Shown here one piece after another: positions 43,160 to 57,447 of a stretch of DNA of 64,000 nucleotides. The notes beneath the pieces were generated by a model. It was not told where the DNA came from. It made no database searches and saw only the letters and a program-made list of their open reading frames with translations. This DNA is from an uncultured Chloroflexia bacterium (GTDB lineage: Bacteria > Chloroflexota > Limnocylindria > Limnocylindrales > CSP1-4): the NCBI GenBank assembly GCA_963813535.1, contig CAWEZH010000003.1, forward strand, positions 800,001 through 864,000, read 5' to 3'. Numbering within the stretch: the stretch's first letter is position 1; each line of letters opens with the position of its first letter. A program made the translations under genes and the position numbers.

Positions 43160-43918
43160 TCACGGATCCGGCCGGCGCGCGGGCCTCGCTGGCAGCTGGT
43201 GCCGTTCGGTTCGGCGGGCTGTCGGAGGGAGCGCCTCGTCGACGAGGAGACGCTCCCGGACGATGGACCGGGCCGTCAGCGGCGCGCCGAGTCGGTCGGA
43301 CAGGGCGCCGAGGACCTCTTCCGGGCGGCCGGTACCCAGCTCCGGGTCGAATCGCGTCCGCATGAAGACCATCGGCGGCGGTCCATCCTCGACTCGCACG
43401 TCGACCAGGAGCGGTCGCAGGTCGTACTGCACCGTCCCGCCGCCCTTCGGCCGCTCTCGCGGCAACCGATCGGCGGATAACAGTCCCGTGACCGCATCGA
43501 TGAGGGCCGCGCGATCCGCCGCTCCCTCGAGCTCGATGCGGTAGTCCGCCGCGGCCACGCGACCGGCCAGTGGCGGCCCGCCGAGCCACACGTCGAAGAC
43601 GTCGATGAGCCGCCAGCCGGGCGGGATGTGGCTAGCCAGCGCCTCCCGCACCCGCCACGCCGGCCAGCGATCGGTGAGGACGATGTCGATCAGCTCCCGT
43701 TCCGCCGCCATGCCCACCGGGAGTGGCGCACCGAACGACACCCTCGATCGCGCCCGCTGGCCCTCGCCGCCGACCAGCGGGAGACCCGACGCCTCGATCG
43801 CCGTGGTCCACGTTGCGGCCACTTCCCGCTGCGCCGATTCCGGCGCGTCGGCATCACGCGCGACGGCAAGGCGCCAGCGCTGACGCGGCTCCGGGGCGGG
43901 AACGGAGGTCGCCGACAC
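43160..43918 (-). CDS. Radical SAM-linked protein (DUF2344/TIGR03936-like)
   Basis: SFGAPLPVG..A..E..D, YDLRPL, GRPEEVL; start approximate. Confidence 0.75.
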   Translation of the reverse strand: MSATSVPAPEPRQRWRLAVARDADAPESAQREVAATWTTAIEASGLPLVGGEGQRARSRVSFGAPLPVGMAAERELIDIVLTDRWPAWRVREALASHIPPGWRLIDVFDVWLGGPPLAGRVAAADYRIELEGAADRAALIDAVTGLLSADRLPRERPKGGGTVQYDLRPLLVDVRVEDGPPPMVFMRTRFDPELGTGRPEEVLGALSDRLGAPLTARSIVRERLLVDEALPPTARRTERHQLPARPARRPDP

Positions 43919-43938
43919 GTCTGCTAGTCTGCCGGACG

Positions 43939-45189
43939 ATGGACGAGCCCGAACGGGAGGCCTCCCCACCAGAAACGGGCTGGGTCGCCGCGCTGCCCCC
44001 TCCGCCGTTCGTCGACCCGGACTCGTACCCCGACAAGCCGCGGTTCATGCAGCTGTCACCGCGCGTCGCCGTCCTCATCGTCGGCGCGATCGTGATCGGC
44101 ATCCTGTTGTGGATGGCCCGTGACGCGGTCCGGCCGTTCGTCCTGGGGCTGCTGCTGGTCTATCTCCTCGACCCACCGGTGCGCTGGCTCACACGCCGCG
44201 GCATCCGGCGAAGCTTCGCGATCCTGATCGTGTACGTCATCACGATCGTGCTCTTCATCGAGTTCCTGAACCTGACCCTCGCCCCACTGGTGGAGGAGAT
44301 GGTCCGGCTGCTACAGGACCTGCCCGCGCTGGCGCAGCAACTCCAGGAGCAGGCCGATCGGCTGGCCGAGGTCTACAGCCGGTTGGCGATACCCGACGCC
44401 GTGCGCGAGTGGATCGACGCGATGATCGCGTCGATCGGTCAAGGCGGCGGTGGGGCGCCGCCACTCGACCCCACCGACCTCCTGCCGGTGCTGACCGGGG
44501 TGACCGGCATCGTCGGCGGCCTCTTCGCGTACATCCTGCTGCCGGTCTGGGTGTTCTACATCCTCAAGGACCGTGTCGCCCTCACCAAGCAGTTCGACCG
44601 CAGCCTCCCGGCCGCGTGGCGGTTCGACGTGTGGGCGATCCTGCGCATGGTCCGCCGCCTGTTCGGGCAGTGGGTGCGCGCGCAACTGATCCTCGGCGTC
44701 ACGGTCGGCGTGTTCACGTTCATCGGCTTGCTCATCCTGAGCCAGTTCGTCGACCCGGTGTTCGGCCGGTATGCCGTCCTGCTCTCGGTGACGGCGGGCA
44801 TCCTCGAGCTGCTACCGATCATCGGGCCGATCATCGCGGCCGTGCCCGCCGTGCTGCTCGCGGCGACGGCCGGGCTCGAGCCGGTCATCGCGGCGCTCAT
44901 CCTGTACACGCTGGTCCAGCAGGTCGAGAACAACGTGCTCGTCCCGAAGATCCAGGGAGACGCCATCGAGCTGCACCCGGCGATCGTGATGTTCGCCATC
45001 GTCATCGGCGGGTCGCTCGCCGGGCTGCTCGGCGCCATCCTGGCGTTGCCGGTCGCCGCCGCCCTGCGCGACGTCATCCGCTACCTCTTCCGACGCCTCA
45101 GCCCCGACGAACCAGAAGCACTGGCCGCGTCGATCGCCGGTCTCGGACTCGAGACGCATCCCGGCGCGACGGGTGGGTCGCCGCAGTGA
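43939..45189 (+). CDS. AI-2E family transporter
   Basis: YLLDPPV, LPIIGP, QQVENNVL.PKI.G, LHP. Confidence 0.9.
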   Translation: MDEPEREASPPETGWVAALPPPPFVDPDSYPDKPRFMQLSPRVAVLIVGAIVIGILLWMARDAVRPFVLGLLLVYLLDPPVRWLTRRGIRRSFAILIVYVITIVLFIEFLNLTLAPLVEEMVRLLQDLPALAQQLQEQADRLAEVYSRLAIPDAVREWIDAMIASIGQGGGGAPPLDPTDLLPVLTGVTGIVGGLFAYILLPVWVFYILKDRVALTKQFDRSLPAAWRFDVWAILRMVRRLFGQWVRAQLILGVTVGVFTFIGLLILSQFVDPVFGRYAVLLSVTAGILELLPIIGPIIAAVPAVLLAATAGLEPVIAALILYTLVQQVENNVLVPKIQGDAIELHPAIVMFAIVIGGSLAGLLGAILALPVAAALRDVIRYLFRRLSPDEPEALAASIAGLGLETHPGATGGSPQ

Positions 45190-45785
45190 CGGAGCCCGCG
45201 CTCGACCCGTACAAGACGCTCCAGGTCGACTCGGAGGCCGAGGACGAGGTCATCGCCGCCGCGTACCGGCGCCTCGCACGCAAGTACCACCCCGACGTGG
45301 CGCTCGACGGCGAGGCCGGCGCCGCGGCGATCGCTCGGATGACCGCGCTCAATGCCGCCTGGGAGATGATCGGCGACCCGACGCGACGCGCCGCGTTCGA
45401 TCGGCAGCGAACGCTCCGCGCGAAGCTCGGTGGGCGTCCGGTGGAAGGCCCACCGCCGGCGGCCGAGACGGTCTCGCGCGACTGGACGAGCGGGCGCTCA
45501 TCCGGGGGCGGCGGCTACGAATCCTCGATGCACCGCGACGATGCTGACGGGGCAGCGGGAGCGCCACCCGGCAACCCGTCCGGCAGCGTCGTGACGTTCG
45601 GCCGGTATGTCGGTTGGTCGCTCGGGGAGATCGGGCGCCGAGACCTCGAGTACCTCGAGTGGCTGGACCGCATGACGATCGGCCGGCCGTATCGGGACGA
45701 GATCGACGCGATCCTGCGGGCATCCGGCAGGCGACGCTCGGCCGATGCCGAGGGCGAACGACGAGGGCTGTTCCGGCGTCGCTGA
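45186..45785 (+). CDS. J-domain protein with C-terminal FGxY-G..YLxW small domain
   Basis: DPYKTLQV, AYRRLARKYHPD; VTFGRYVGWSLGEI...YLEWL. Confidence 0.82.
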   Translation: MTEPALDPYKTLQVDSEAEDEVIAAAYRRLARKYHPDVALDGEAGAAAIARMTALNAAWEMIGDPTRRAAFDRQRTLRAKLGGRPVEGPPPAAETVSRDWTSGRSSGGGGYESSMHRDDADGAAGAPPGNPSGSVVTFGRYVGWSLGEIGRRDLEYLEWLDRMTIGRPYRDEIDAILRASGRRRSADAEGERRGLFRRR

Positions 45786-45848
45786 GCGGGAGCGTCCGGG
45801 CCACGCTTCCGGGCGTTTCAGGCGCGGGGCGACGTCAGATGTGGCCGG

Positions 45849-47009
45849 TCACCACTCCGCGCGCGTTTGGCGGATGTTGATGCTCTGGAGGATGCCCAGG
45901 CCGATCGCGACGCTCACCAGCGATGCGCCGCCGTGCGTCACGAACGGCAACGGGATCCCGGTGATCGGCATGATGCCCATCACCATCCCGACATTGACGA
46001 ACAGCTGGAACAGGATCATCGACGCGACGCCCGACGCGAACAGCGTCCCGAATGGGTCGCGCGATCGCCATGCGGCGACGACGACCCGCCACAGCAGCAG
46101 CACGAATAGCAGGAACAGCACCATCGCGCCGATGAACCCGAGCTCCTCGGCCAGGACGGAGAAGACGAAGTCGGTCGACTGCACCGGCAGGAAGTCGCCC
46201 TGTGCCTGGGTCCCGTTCGTCAGGCCCCGCCCGAACCAGCCACCCGAGCCCACCGCGATCTGCGACTGGTAGAGCTGGTACCCCGAGTCGGTGATATCGG
46301 GCTTCGGGTTCAGGAACGAGGTCAAGCGCTCCTTCTGGTAGTCACGGAGCAGATACGTCCAGGCGATCGGGACCATCGCGATGACGGCAGCCGCCATCAC
46401 CGCCAGCCACTTGAGACTCGCACCGGACATCCACAGCATCCCGACGAGGATCGCCGCGAACACGAGCGAGGTCCCGAGGTCCGGCTGGAGCATGACGAGC
46501 GCCAGCGGCGGGGCGACCAGCACGCCGGCTCCGACGATGGTCGTGAACGAGTCCAGCCGGCGGCCACGCGTCGACAGGTAGTTCGCGAGCACGATGATCA
46601 TCAGGATCTTCGCGAGCTCGCTGAACTGGAACGTGAACGGCCCGAACGTGATCCAGCGGGCCGAGTTGCCGACGCCATCGCCGATGGCCAGCGTGAGCAC
46701 CAGCAGGCCGAGCTGGAGGGCATAGGTCGGCCACGACAGGGTCTTGAGCCAGCGATAGTCGAATGCGGCGGCCGCGATGAACGCGATCGATGCGATCCCG
46801 GCCCACATCAGGCCGCGCGTGAAGGTGGTACCCGCCTCGAGCGGCGTCGAGCCGTTCTCGATGCTGTTCGTGTAGGCCATCACGAGGCCGATCGCCACCA
46901 GGAGCGCCGCGTAGACCACGAGTTGGAGGTCGAACGCGCGCCATGCGGAACCGACCGACTTGGCGGCCCAGTCGGTGACTCGTGCTGGTTCGGCTCGGAT
47001 GACGCCCAT
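45849..47009 (-). CDS. rodA: SEDS protein RodA
   Basis: QFSELAK, QPDLGT, TDFVFS..AEE.G, GIPLPF. Confidence 0.93.
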   Translation of the reverse strand: MGVIRAEPARVTDWAAKSVGSAWRAFDLQLVVYAALLVAIGLVMAYTNSIENGSTPLEAGTTFTRGLMWAGIASIAFIAAAAFDYRWLKTLSWPTYALQLGLLVLTLAIGDGVGNSARWITFGPFTFQFSELAKILMIIVLANYLSTRGRRLDSFTTIVGAGVLVAPPLALVMLQPDLGTSLVFAAILVGMLWMSGASLKWLAVMAAAVIAMVPIAWTYLLRDYQKERLTSFLNPKPDITDSGYQLYQSQIAVGSGGWFGRGLTNGTQAQGDFLPVQSTDFVFSVLAEELGFIGAMVLFLLFVLLLWRVVVAAWRSRDPFGTLFASGVASMILFQLFVNVGMVMGIMPITGIPLPFVTHGGASLVSVAIGLGILQSINIRQTRAEW

Positions 47010-48907
47010 CAGTCGTTCGAGTAGAAGTTCGTCCGCTCGAGGTTCTCGGGCAGACGGTAATCCTTCTCGATCCCGTAGTGGAGCTGGAAGAAGTACTTGA
47101 CGATCTCGGTCGCCGCGTTCCCCTTGGTCCGCGAATCGTGCGCGAAGGCCATCACGATCAGCCGCGAGTCGTGCTTGGCGAACGAGCCGTTGCGTGGATC
47201 CTTCGGTGTGAACCCGACGAAGAACGAGGAGTACGGCAGGCGACCCTGGGAGTCGGGCGTGCCGAACTCGGCCGTACCGGATTTGCCGGCGATCTTGATC
47301 GGCAGGTCGACCAGGTTGTACGTGTGGCGCAGGGTGACGGTGGAGCGGGCGGCCTCCCGCATCGTCTGCAGGACACTCGCCCTGACCTTCATCTTGCGGA
47401 TGACCTTCTTCTGGAACGGGCGGGTCACGGCTCCGTCGGGCCCGATGATCTCCCGCACGATCTGTGGCTGGTACAGGGTGCCGCCATTGGCGAGGGCGGC
47501 ATACGCATTGATCAGTTGGAGCGGCGTGACGGCGTCGTAGCCCTGACCGATGCCGGCCTGGTACGTCTCACCGGGGAACACCTGCGCCCCGAGCGCCTCC
47601 TGCTTCCACGCGTTGTCGGGCACGATGCCCTCGACTTCGCCCGGCAGGTCGACACCGGTCGGGGCGCCGAACCCGTACTGACGTGCCCAGTAGGCGAGTC
47701 GGTCGATGCCGAGCATCCCGGCCACCTGATAGAAGAACGTGTCGCTGGAGTGGCCGAACCCACAGTAGATGTCGCAGGGACCCCAACCACGGCGGTTCCA
47801 CTCGTAGAACTTGGTATCGCCGAGAGTCAGGAAGCCCTTCGTCATCACCCGCGTCGAAGGGGTGATGTCGCGGTCGGCAAGGCCGCCCGTGCCGGTCACG
47901 AGCTTGTACGTCGAGCCCGGCGCGTAGTGCGCCTGGATCGCGTGGTTGAGGAGCGGCTTGTCCTTGTTCTTGAGCAGCTTCTTGTAGTCCGCCTGGCTGA
48001 TCCCGCGGGCGAACTTGTTGTTGTCGTAGGTCGGCAGGCTGACCATCGCGAGGATCTCACCGGTCTGCGGGTTCATCGCGATTACGACCCCACGGGTCAT
48101 GCCGATCTTGGCCATCGCCCACTTGAGCGCCTTCTGCGCGTTCTTCTGGGCCCTCGTATCGATGGTCAGCCGCAACGACGCGCCTGGAACAGCGTCCCTG
48201 ACCGTCTGCAGCACGTGCGTCCGCCGACCGGTCTTGTCGCGAGCCACGGTCTGTGCGCCGTAGGTGCCGCGAAGGTCCGTCTCGTACTGCGCTTCGAGCC
48301 CGACCTTGCCCAGGAGGTCGTCGGGCTGGTAGCCCTTCTCACGGAGATCGGGAAGCTCTTCCGCGGAGACCGGGCCTGTATACCCAAGCAACTGGGACAT
48401 CAGGGCCCCGTCGGTGTACTGACGACGGGCCTCGACCGCGACATCGACGCCCGGCAACTCGAAGCCTGCCTCGGAGATGAGCTGCGCGGTCTGCCGATCG
48501 ACATCCTGGGCGATGCGCACGAGATCGAATGCCGAACCGGGATTGCCGTCGATCGTGGCGTTGATGTCGGCCGGATCCATGCGCAACAGGGCGGACAGGC
48601 GGGTGACGACCTGATCGCGCATCGCATCGGGCAGGTCGGCCGGCCGGATCTTGACGGCAAACGTGGGCACGTTCTTCACGAGCAGGCGGCCGCGTCGATC
48701 GTAGATGTACCCGCGCGGCGCCGGGATCGGCTCGTCGACCGTGCGTTGCCGGTTCGAGATCGCTGCGTATTCCGTCCCATTCGTGATCTGGAGGTAGAAC
48801 AGTCGCGCCGTGAGCGTGCCGACCGCGAGCACCACCACAAGCCCGAACACGAGGAACCGCGAGAACCGGCGCTCCGGCAACGGCCGACCGTCGAGGTAGG
48901 TGTTCAC
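47009..48907 (-). CDS. mrdA: Penicillin-binding protein 2
   Basis: PRG.IYDR, PGSTYK, SSD, KSGT. Confidence 0.93.
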   Translation of the reverse strand: MNTYLDGRPLPERRFSRFLVFGLVVVLAVGTLTARLFYLQITNGTEYAAISNRQRTVDEPIPAPRGYIYDRRGRLLVKNVPTFAVKIRPADLPDAMRDQVVTRLSALLRMDPADINATIDGNPGSAFDLVRIAQDVDRQTAQLISEAGFELPGVDVAVEARRQYTDGALMSQLLGYTGPVSAEELPDLREKGYQPDDLLGKVGLEAQYETDLRGTYGAQTVARDKTGRRTHVLQTVRDAVPGASLRLTIDTRAQKNAQKALKWAMAKIGMTRGVVIAMNPQTGEILAMVSLPTYDNNKFARGISQADYKKLLKNKDKPLLNHAIQAHYAPGSTYKLVTGTGGLADRDITPSTRVMTKGFLTLGDTKFYEWNRRGWGPCDIYCGFGHSSDTFFYQVAGMLGIDRLAYWARQYGFGAPTGVDLPGEVEGIVPDNAWKQEALGAQVFPGETYQAGIGQGYDAVTPLQLINAYAALANGGTLYQPQIVREIIGPDGAVTRPFQKKVIRKMKVRASVLQTMREAARSTVTLRHTYNLVDLPIKIAGKSGTAEFGTPDSQGRLPYSSFFVGFTPKDPRNGSFAKHDSRLIVMAFAHDSRTKGNAATEIVKYFFQLHYGIEKDYRLPENLERTNFYSND

Positions 48908-49404
48908 CAGTCGACGCGCTCCTGCTCCATGCGCCGATCATGCACCGCCACCGCCAGCGGCCCGATGATCACGCCGAGGATCGCGTCGTAGACGGCGCCT
49001 GGGAAGATGGCCGACAGCGGATCGCTCGTGGCCGGTGGGACGCCGAGAGCTCCGAACAGGGCGAACAAGATCATCGAATAGGCGAGGCTGGCCAGGAAGA
49101 CCGCCACGATCGGCACGATCGGCCGCAGGTGTGCCAGCGAGCGCGCAAGGAGCGACGTCCCTCCGACGCAGACGAGGAGGGCGAAGGCGGTCGAACCGAG
49201 CGGACGCTGAGCAAGGACATCAAGCGCGAGGCCTCCGACGAAGGCCCAGACCAGGCCGGCTTCGAGACCGATGGCGATCGTCACGATGACCGCCAGGACG
49301 AGCACGGGGTGCGGGTGGGCCGCCCCGATCCGGAGATATGGGGTAACGGTGAGTTCGATGAGGGCCGTCACCACTGCGCCGACCGCAGCGAGTAGCAGGG
49401 TCAT
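48904..49404 (-). CDS. mreD: Rod shape protein MreD
   Basis: Hydrophobic; AFVGGLALD...PLG; directly upstream of mrdA. Confidence 0.85.
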   Translation of the reverse strand: MTLLLAAVGAVVTALIELTVTPYLRIGAAHPHPVLVLAVIVTIAIGLEAGLVWAFVGGLALDVLAQRPLGSTAFALLVCVGGTSLLARSLAHLRPIVPIVAVFLASLAYSMILFALFGALGVPPATSDPLSAIFPGAVYDAILGVIIGPLAVAVHDRRMEQERVDW

Positions 49405-49548
49405 CGGACGGGTCGATTCCTCGGCGGAGCGGCCAGAGAGGTTCCGCGCCCACCTGCCCGGCTTGTTGATCGCGACCGATTCGGCGGCGACGTCGTGGCG
49501 GAGTATCCCACGGACACTCCGAACCGGCAACGGAGCCAAGACCAAGCG

Positions 49549-49564
49549 TGTTTCACGTGAAACA
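49549..49564. promoter_or_regulatory. parS: parS centromere site
   Basis: Perfect palindrome TGTTTCACGTGAAACA directly upstream of parAB. Confidence 0.93.
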
Positions 49565-49666
49565 TCGTGCCAGACGATCGCCCGATAAGGCGCAGCTACT
49601 CGTCGTGGTCCAGGCTGAAGGGCAGCCCGCCCGCTCCCCCCACAGCCGAGGTCGGACGGCCGTCGA

Positions 49667-49675
49667 TGGTAGAAT
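49667..49675 (+). promoter_or_regulatory. Extended -10 promoter of parA
   Basis: TG-G-TAGAAT. Confidence 0.55.
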
Positions 49676-49710
49676 CGGTATCCGTGAAACCAGTCCGAGC
49701 GGATCGCTGA

Positions 49711-50534
49711 GTGGGGCGGACGATCGCCTGCGCGAATCAGAAGGGCGGCGTCGGTAAGACCACGACGGTCGTGAATCTGGCGAGCCTTCTCGCCATCTCC
49801 GGCGACCGCGTTCTGCTCATCGATCTCGATCCGCAGGGCAATGCGACCAGCGGGCTGGGCATCGATCGAGCGACGCTCGAACGGTCGACCTACGACGGGC
49901 TGATGGACGGCGTCGACCTGGTCGATCTCGTCACCCGAGGCTCGTCACCTGGCGTCGATGTCGTCCCGTCGGCGATCGCCCTCGCCGGTGCCGAAGTCGA
50001 ACTCGCGAACGCGACGTCGAGGGAGCGGCGTCTGCGCAGCGCACTGGCCGGAATGACCGATCGCTATGACGTCATCTTCATCGATTGCCCCCCGTCACTC
50101 GGGCTCCTCACCGTGAATGCCCTGACCGCCGCCGATGCGGTCCTCATCCCGCTCCAATGTGAGTACTACGCCCTGGAGGGCCTGACCCAGTTGCTGGCTA
50201 CGATCGACCTCGTTCGCGATCATCTGAATCCCCGGCTCGCCATCGACGGCGTCGTCCTGACGATGGCCGATGCGCGCACGAACCTGTCCGCCGACGTCGA
50301 AGCCGAAGCGCGCCGGCACCTGGGTGGCGCCGTCTACGAGACCGTGATCCCGCGGAGCGTTCGCCTTTCGGAAGCCCCGAGCCACGGACGGTCGATCGCG
50401 TCGTACGCGCCGGAATCACGAGGCGGACTCGCCTATGTCGCGCTCGCGGCAGAATTCCGGGCTCGAAACGCCCGGCATGAAGCTTCGCGATTCGCGACGA
50501 TCGTCGCGCCGCGCGAGCCGGAGGCGGTGCTTTC

Positions 50535-50538
<4 letters not shown>
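49711..50538 (+). CDS. parA: Chromosome partitioning ATPase ParA/Soj
   Basis: NQKGGVGKTT, DLDPQGNATSG, IDCPPSL. Confidence 0.96.
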
Positions 50539-53873
<3,335 letters not shown>

Positions 53874-53875
53874 TC

Positions 53876-54859
53876 GTGACCCCAGCCACGCAGACCGAGG
53901 ACGCCAGCAGCCCGGTCACCGCGCGAGCCGTCGCGTTCGTCGCCGATCACAAGGGCGCAGCCGAGACGCTCGGGCACGGCCTGGCCGAGCACATCAACGA
54001 TCCGGACGCCTTCGCGGCGGCGCTGCACGCGGGCCTCGAGGAGCTCGCCGATCCGGAGTACCTCGAGGGTCAGCACGTCGTCGCCCCTGGGCTCGGCCCG
54101 ACCCTGGGTGTCCGCTGGCCGCTGCTCGCTGCCGTGATCCGCGGTTTCCGCCAGGAGACCCGCCACGATCGTCCGACATCGTTGCTGTTCCTCGCCGATC
54201 GCCTCTATCGCGAGGAGCCCCTCGAGGCGCGCTGGTTCGCCTTCGCGCTGCTCGAGCGGACGCTCGCGGCCGACGCGGAACGGACCTGGCAGCTCCTGCG
54301 TCGGGGTGCGCGCGAGGCGGCCGACTGGATCACGGTCGACGACCTGGCCCACCCATACGGTGTCGGCATCGCCGCAGAGTCCTACCGCTGGGCCGAGCTC
54401 GAGCAGCTCGTGTTCTCCCCGTCACGCTGGGAACGCCGGCTCGTCGCGTCGACGATCGCGACGATGACCCACGGCAACCGCCGGACCGGTCGTGGTCCCG
54501 AGGTCGTCGACCGCGCGCTGCCGATCCTCGGCCAGCTGATCGGCGACGACGAGCCGGACGTCCAGAAGGCGTTGTCGTGGGCGTACCGCTCACTCGCGCA
54601 GATCGATCCCGAGCGGACGACCGCGGAGCTCCGGGCTGAGACCGCGCGCGCGGTCGACACCGACGATGGCCATCGCGCGTGGGTGATCCGCGACAGCCTC
54701 ACCAAACTCTCGCCGGCCGATGCGGACGACATCCGGACGCGTCTCTCGGGCATCCGGCGTCGACCCGGTGCCCCATCGACATCGGCCGCGGCCGAGCTGG
54801 CTGCCCGCTTCGGCGGTCTGCCCGACCCGGCGATGCATCCCGAACCCCCGCTGACCTGA
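53876..54859 (+). CDS. AlkD-like (HEAT-like repeat) DNA alkylation repair family protein
   Basis: GVRWP.L, DWITVDD, WERR, VQKALSWAYR. Confidence 0.7.
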   Translation: MTPATQTEDASSPVTARAVAFVADHKGAAETLGHGLAEHINDPDAFAAALHAGLEELADPEYLEGQHVVAPGLGPTLGVRWPLLAAVIRGFRQETRHDRPTSLLFLADRLYREEPLEARWFAFALLERTLAADAERTWQLLRRGAREAADWITVDDLAHPYGVGIAAESYRWAELEQLVFSPSRWERRLVASTIATMTHGNRRTGRGPEVVDRALPILGQLIGDDEPDVQKALSWAYRSLAQIDPERTTAELRAETARAVDTDDGHRAWVIRDSLTKLSPADADDIRTRLSGIRRRPGAPSTSAAAELAARFGGLPDPAMHPEPPLT

Positions 54860-54876
54860 TCCAGGAGTAGCCGACC

Positions 54877-57447
54877 GTGACCGAAGACCTGGGCGACATC
54901 CGCGCCATCCGCATCGAGGACGAGATGCGCGACTCGTACCTCGACTACGCGATGAGCGTGATCGTCTCGCGCGCGTTGCCGGACGTGCGCGACGGCCTCA
55001 AGCCGGTCCATCGCCGGATCCTCTACACGATGGGTGAGATGGGTCTGTCGTCGACGAGCTCGTACCGCAAGTGCGCGGCGATCGTCGGCGAGGTGATGGG
55101 CAAGTACCACCCGCACGGCGACGTGGCCCTGTATGACGCGCTCGTCCGCCTGGCCCAGGACTTCTCGATGCGCTACCCGCTGGTCGACGGCCAGGGCAAC
55201 TTCGGCAGCGTCGACGGGGACGGCGCGGCAGCGATGCGCTACACCGAGGCGCGCCTCACGGCGATCGCCTCCGAGATGCTCGCCGACATCGACAAGGAGA
55301 CGGTCGACTTCGTCGACAACTACGACGGTACGCAGAAGCAGCCGTCGGTCCTGCCGTCCAAGCTGCCGAACCTGCTCGTCAACGGGTCATCGGGCATCGC
55401 CGTCGGCATGGCGACGAACATCCCGCCCCATCACCTGGGCGAGATCGTCGACGCCACGGTCGCCCTCATCGACGACCCGGAGCTCACGTCGGACGACCTG
55501 TGCAAGTTCGTGCTCGGCCCCGACTTCCCGACAGGCGGCACGATCTTCCGCTTCGAGAAGCAGCGCAACATCCTGACCGGCGAGTGGGAGACGGTGGACG
55601 CGATCCGCCAGATGTACGCCCACGGCCGCGGCCGGGTGGTCATGCGCGCGCAGGTCGCGTTCGAGGAAGTGCGCGGCGACCGCACGGCGATCATCGTCAC
55701 CGAGCTGCCGTACCAGGTGAACAAGGCCGCCCTGCTCGAGAAGATCGCCGACCTGGTCAAGGACAAGAAGATCGACGGCATCGCCGACCTGCGCGACGAG
55801 TCCGACCGCGACGGGATGCGGATCTACGTCGAGATCAAGCGCGACGCCAACCCGCACAAGGTGCTGAACAACCTGTTCAAGCACACCTCGATGCAGCTCG
55901 CATTCAACATGAACATGCTCGCGCTGGTCGACGGCCAGCCCCAGACGCTGCCACTGCGCAGCGTCCTCGACCACTACATCACGCATCGCCAGGAGATCGT
56001 CCGCCGGCGGACGGAGTTCGATCTCGGCAAGGCGCGGGCGCGAGCGCACATCCTCGAAGGGCTCAAGATCGCGCTCGACCACCTCGACGCGGTCATCAAG
56101 ACGATCCGCGAGTCGGCCGACGTGGACACCGCGCGCGACAACCTGATGTCGCGCTTCGACCTGTCCGAGCTGCAGGCGCAGGCGATCCTCGACATGCGGC
56201 TCGCCCGCCTGGCCGCCCTCGAACGCAAGAAGATCGAGGACGAGTACCTCGAGGTCATCCAGCTGATCGCGGAGCTCGAGGACATCCTGGCCAACCCGAC
56301 CCGCGTCCTAACGATCATCAAGGACGAGCTGGGCGAGATCAAGCGCAAGTACGCCGGCGAGCGGCGGACGCGTGTGGCGGACGACGCGAGCCGCGACATG
56401 ACCGACGAGGACCTCATCGCCGACGAGGACGTCGTCGTCACGATCTCCGGTCGCGGGTATATCAAGCGCCAGCCGGTCGGGACGTACCGGCGCCAGCATC
56501 GCGGCGGCAAGGGGATCATCGGCCACGTCACCCGCGAGGAGGACGCGGTCGAGCACTTGCTCGTCGCGAACACCCACGACTGGGCGCTGTTCTTCACGAA
56601 CCGCGGCCGAGTGTTCAGCGCGAAGGTGCACGCCATCCCGGATGCCTCCCGTCAGGCCAAGGGCATGCCGATCATCAATCTGCCCGGCGTCCAGGTCGAC
56701 TCGGGCGAGGTGCCGGTCGCCACGATCGTGCTGCCGAACTTCGAGCCGGGTCACTACCTCGTCATGGCCACGCGCAGGGGCATCATCAAGAAGACCCCGC
56801 TCGAGCAGTTCGAGCGGGTCCGGGCCACCGGCATCCGAGCGATCACCATCAACGACGACGACGAGCTCGCGTGGGTGGGCGTCTCCGGTGGCGGTGACGA
56901 CATCATCCTCGCGACCGCGCAGGGCATGCTCGCTCGCTTCGAGGAGGGCGAGGTCCGGCCGATGGGTCGCGACGCGGCCGGCGTGATCGGCATCCGCCTC
57001 CTCAAGCGTGAAGGCGACAGCGTGGTGGCCATGAGCGTGGTCGAGCCGGAGGCCGACCTGCTCGTCCTCACCGAGACGGGCTACGGCAAGCGCGTCGCCA
57101 TCGGCGACTTCCGCCGCAAGCATCGCGGTGGACAGGGCGTCCGGTTGATCGCGCTCGAAGGGCGCAAGACCGGGCTCGTCGCTGCCGTGCAGCAGGTCAC
57201 GGAGGAGGACGAGGAGCTCGTGCTCATCTCCCAGGGTGGCCAGGTCATCCGCACCGAGACCAATACGATCAACCGGTATTCGTCGGGGGCTCGCGGCGTG
57301 ATCGTCATGCGTCTCGCAGAGGGTGACCGCGTGGCAGCGATCGCCGCGTTCCGGCCCGGACTTGCGGACCGTGACGGCATCGGCGACGATGACGCCCCCG
57401 CGACGGGTGGTCCCGGTCAGCCCGACCCGAGCGGCGGCGCGGTGTGA
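54877..57447 (+). CDS. gyrA: DNA gyrase subunit A
   Basis: YHPHGD, AAMRYTE, GyrA-box QHRGGKG. Confidence 0.96.
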   Translation: MTEDLGDIRAIRIEDEMRDSYLDYAMSVIVSRALPDVRDGLKPVHRRILYTMGEMGLSSTSSYRKCAAIVGEVMGKYHPHGDVALYDALVRLAQDFSMRYPLVDGQGNFGSVDGDGAAAMRYTEARLTAIASEMLADIDKETVDFVDNYDGTQKQPSVLPSKLPNLLVNGSSGIAVGMATNIPPHHLGEIVDATVALIDDPELTSDDLCKFVLGPDFPTGGTIFRFEKQRNILTGEWETVDAIRQMYAHGRGRVVMRAQVAFEEVRGDRTAIIVTELPYQVNKAALLEKIADLVKDKKIDGIADLRDESDRDGMRIYVEIKRDANPHKVLNNLFKHTSMQLAFNMNMLALVDGQPQTLPLRSVLDHYITHRQEIVRRRTEFDLGKARARAHILEGLKIALDHLDAVIKTIRESADVDTARDNLMSRFDLSELQAQAILDMRLARLAALERKKIEDEYLEVIQLIAELEDILANPTRVLTIIKDELGEIKRKYAGERRTRVADDASRDMTDEDLIADEDVVVTISGRGYIKRQPVGTYRRQHRGGKGIIGHVTREEDAVEHLLVANTHDWALFFTNRGRVFSAKVHAIPDASRQAKGMPIINLPGVQVDSGEVPVATIVLPNFEPGHYLVMATRRGIIKKTPLEQFERVRATGIRAITINDDDELAWVGVSGGGDDIILATAQGMLARFEEGEVRPMGRDAAGVIGIRLLKREGDSVVAMSVVEPEADLLVLTETGYGKRVAIGDFRRKHRGGQGVRLIALEGRKTGLVAAVQQVTEEDEELVLISQGGQVIRTETNTINRYSSGARGVIVMRLAEGDRVAAIAAFRPGLADRDGIGDDDAPATGGPGQPDPSGGAV

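Noticed and set aside
49405-49710. oriC at the strand switch
   Set aside because: No clear DnaA boxes or AT-rich unwinding element, and no dnaA in the window
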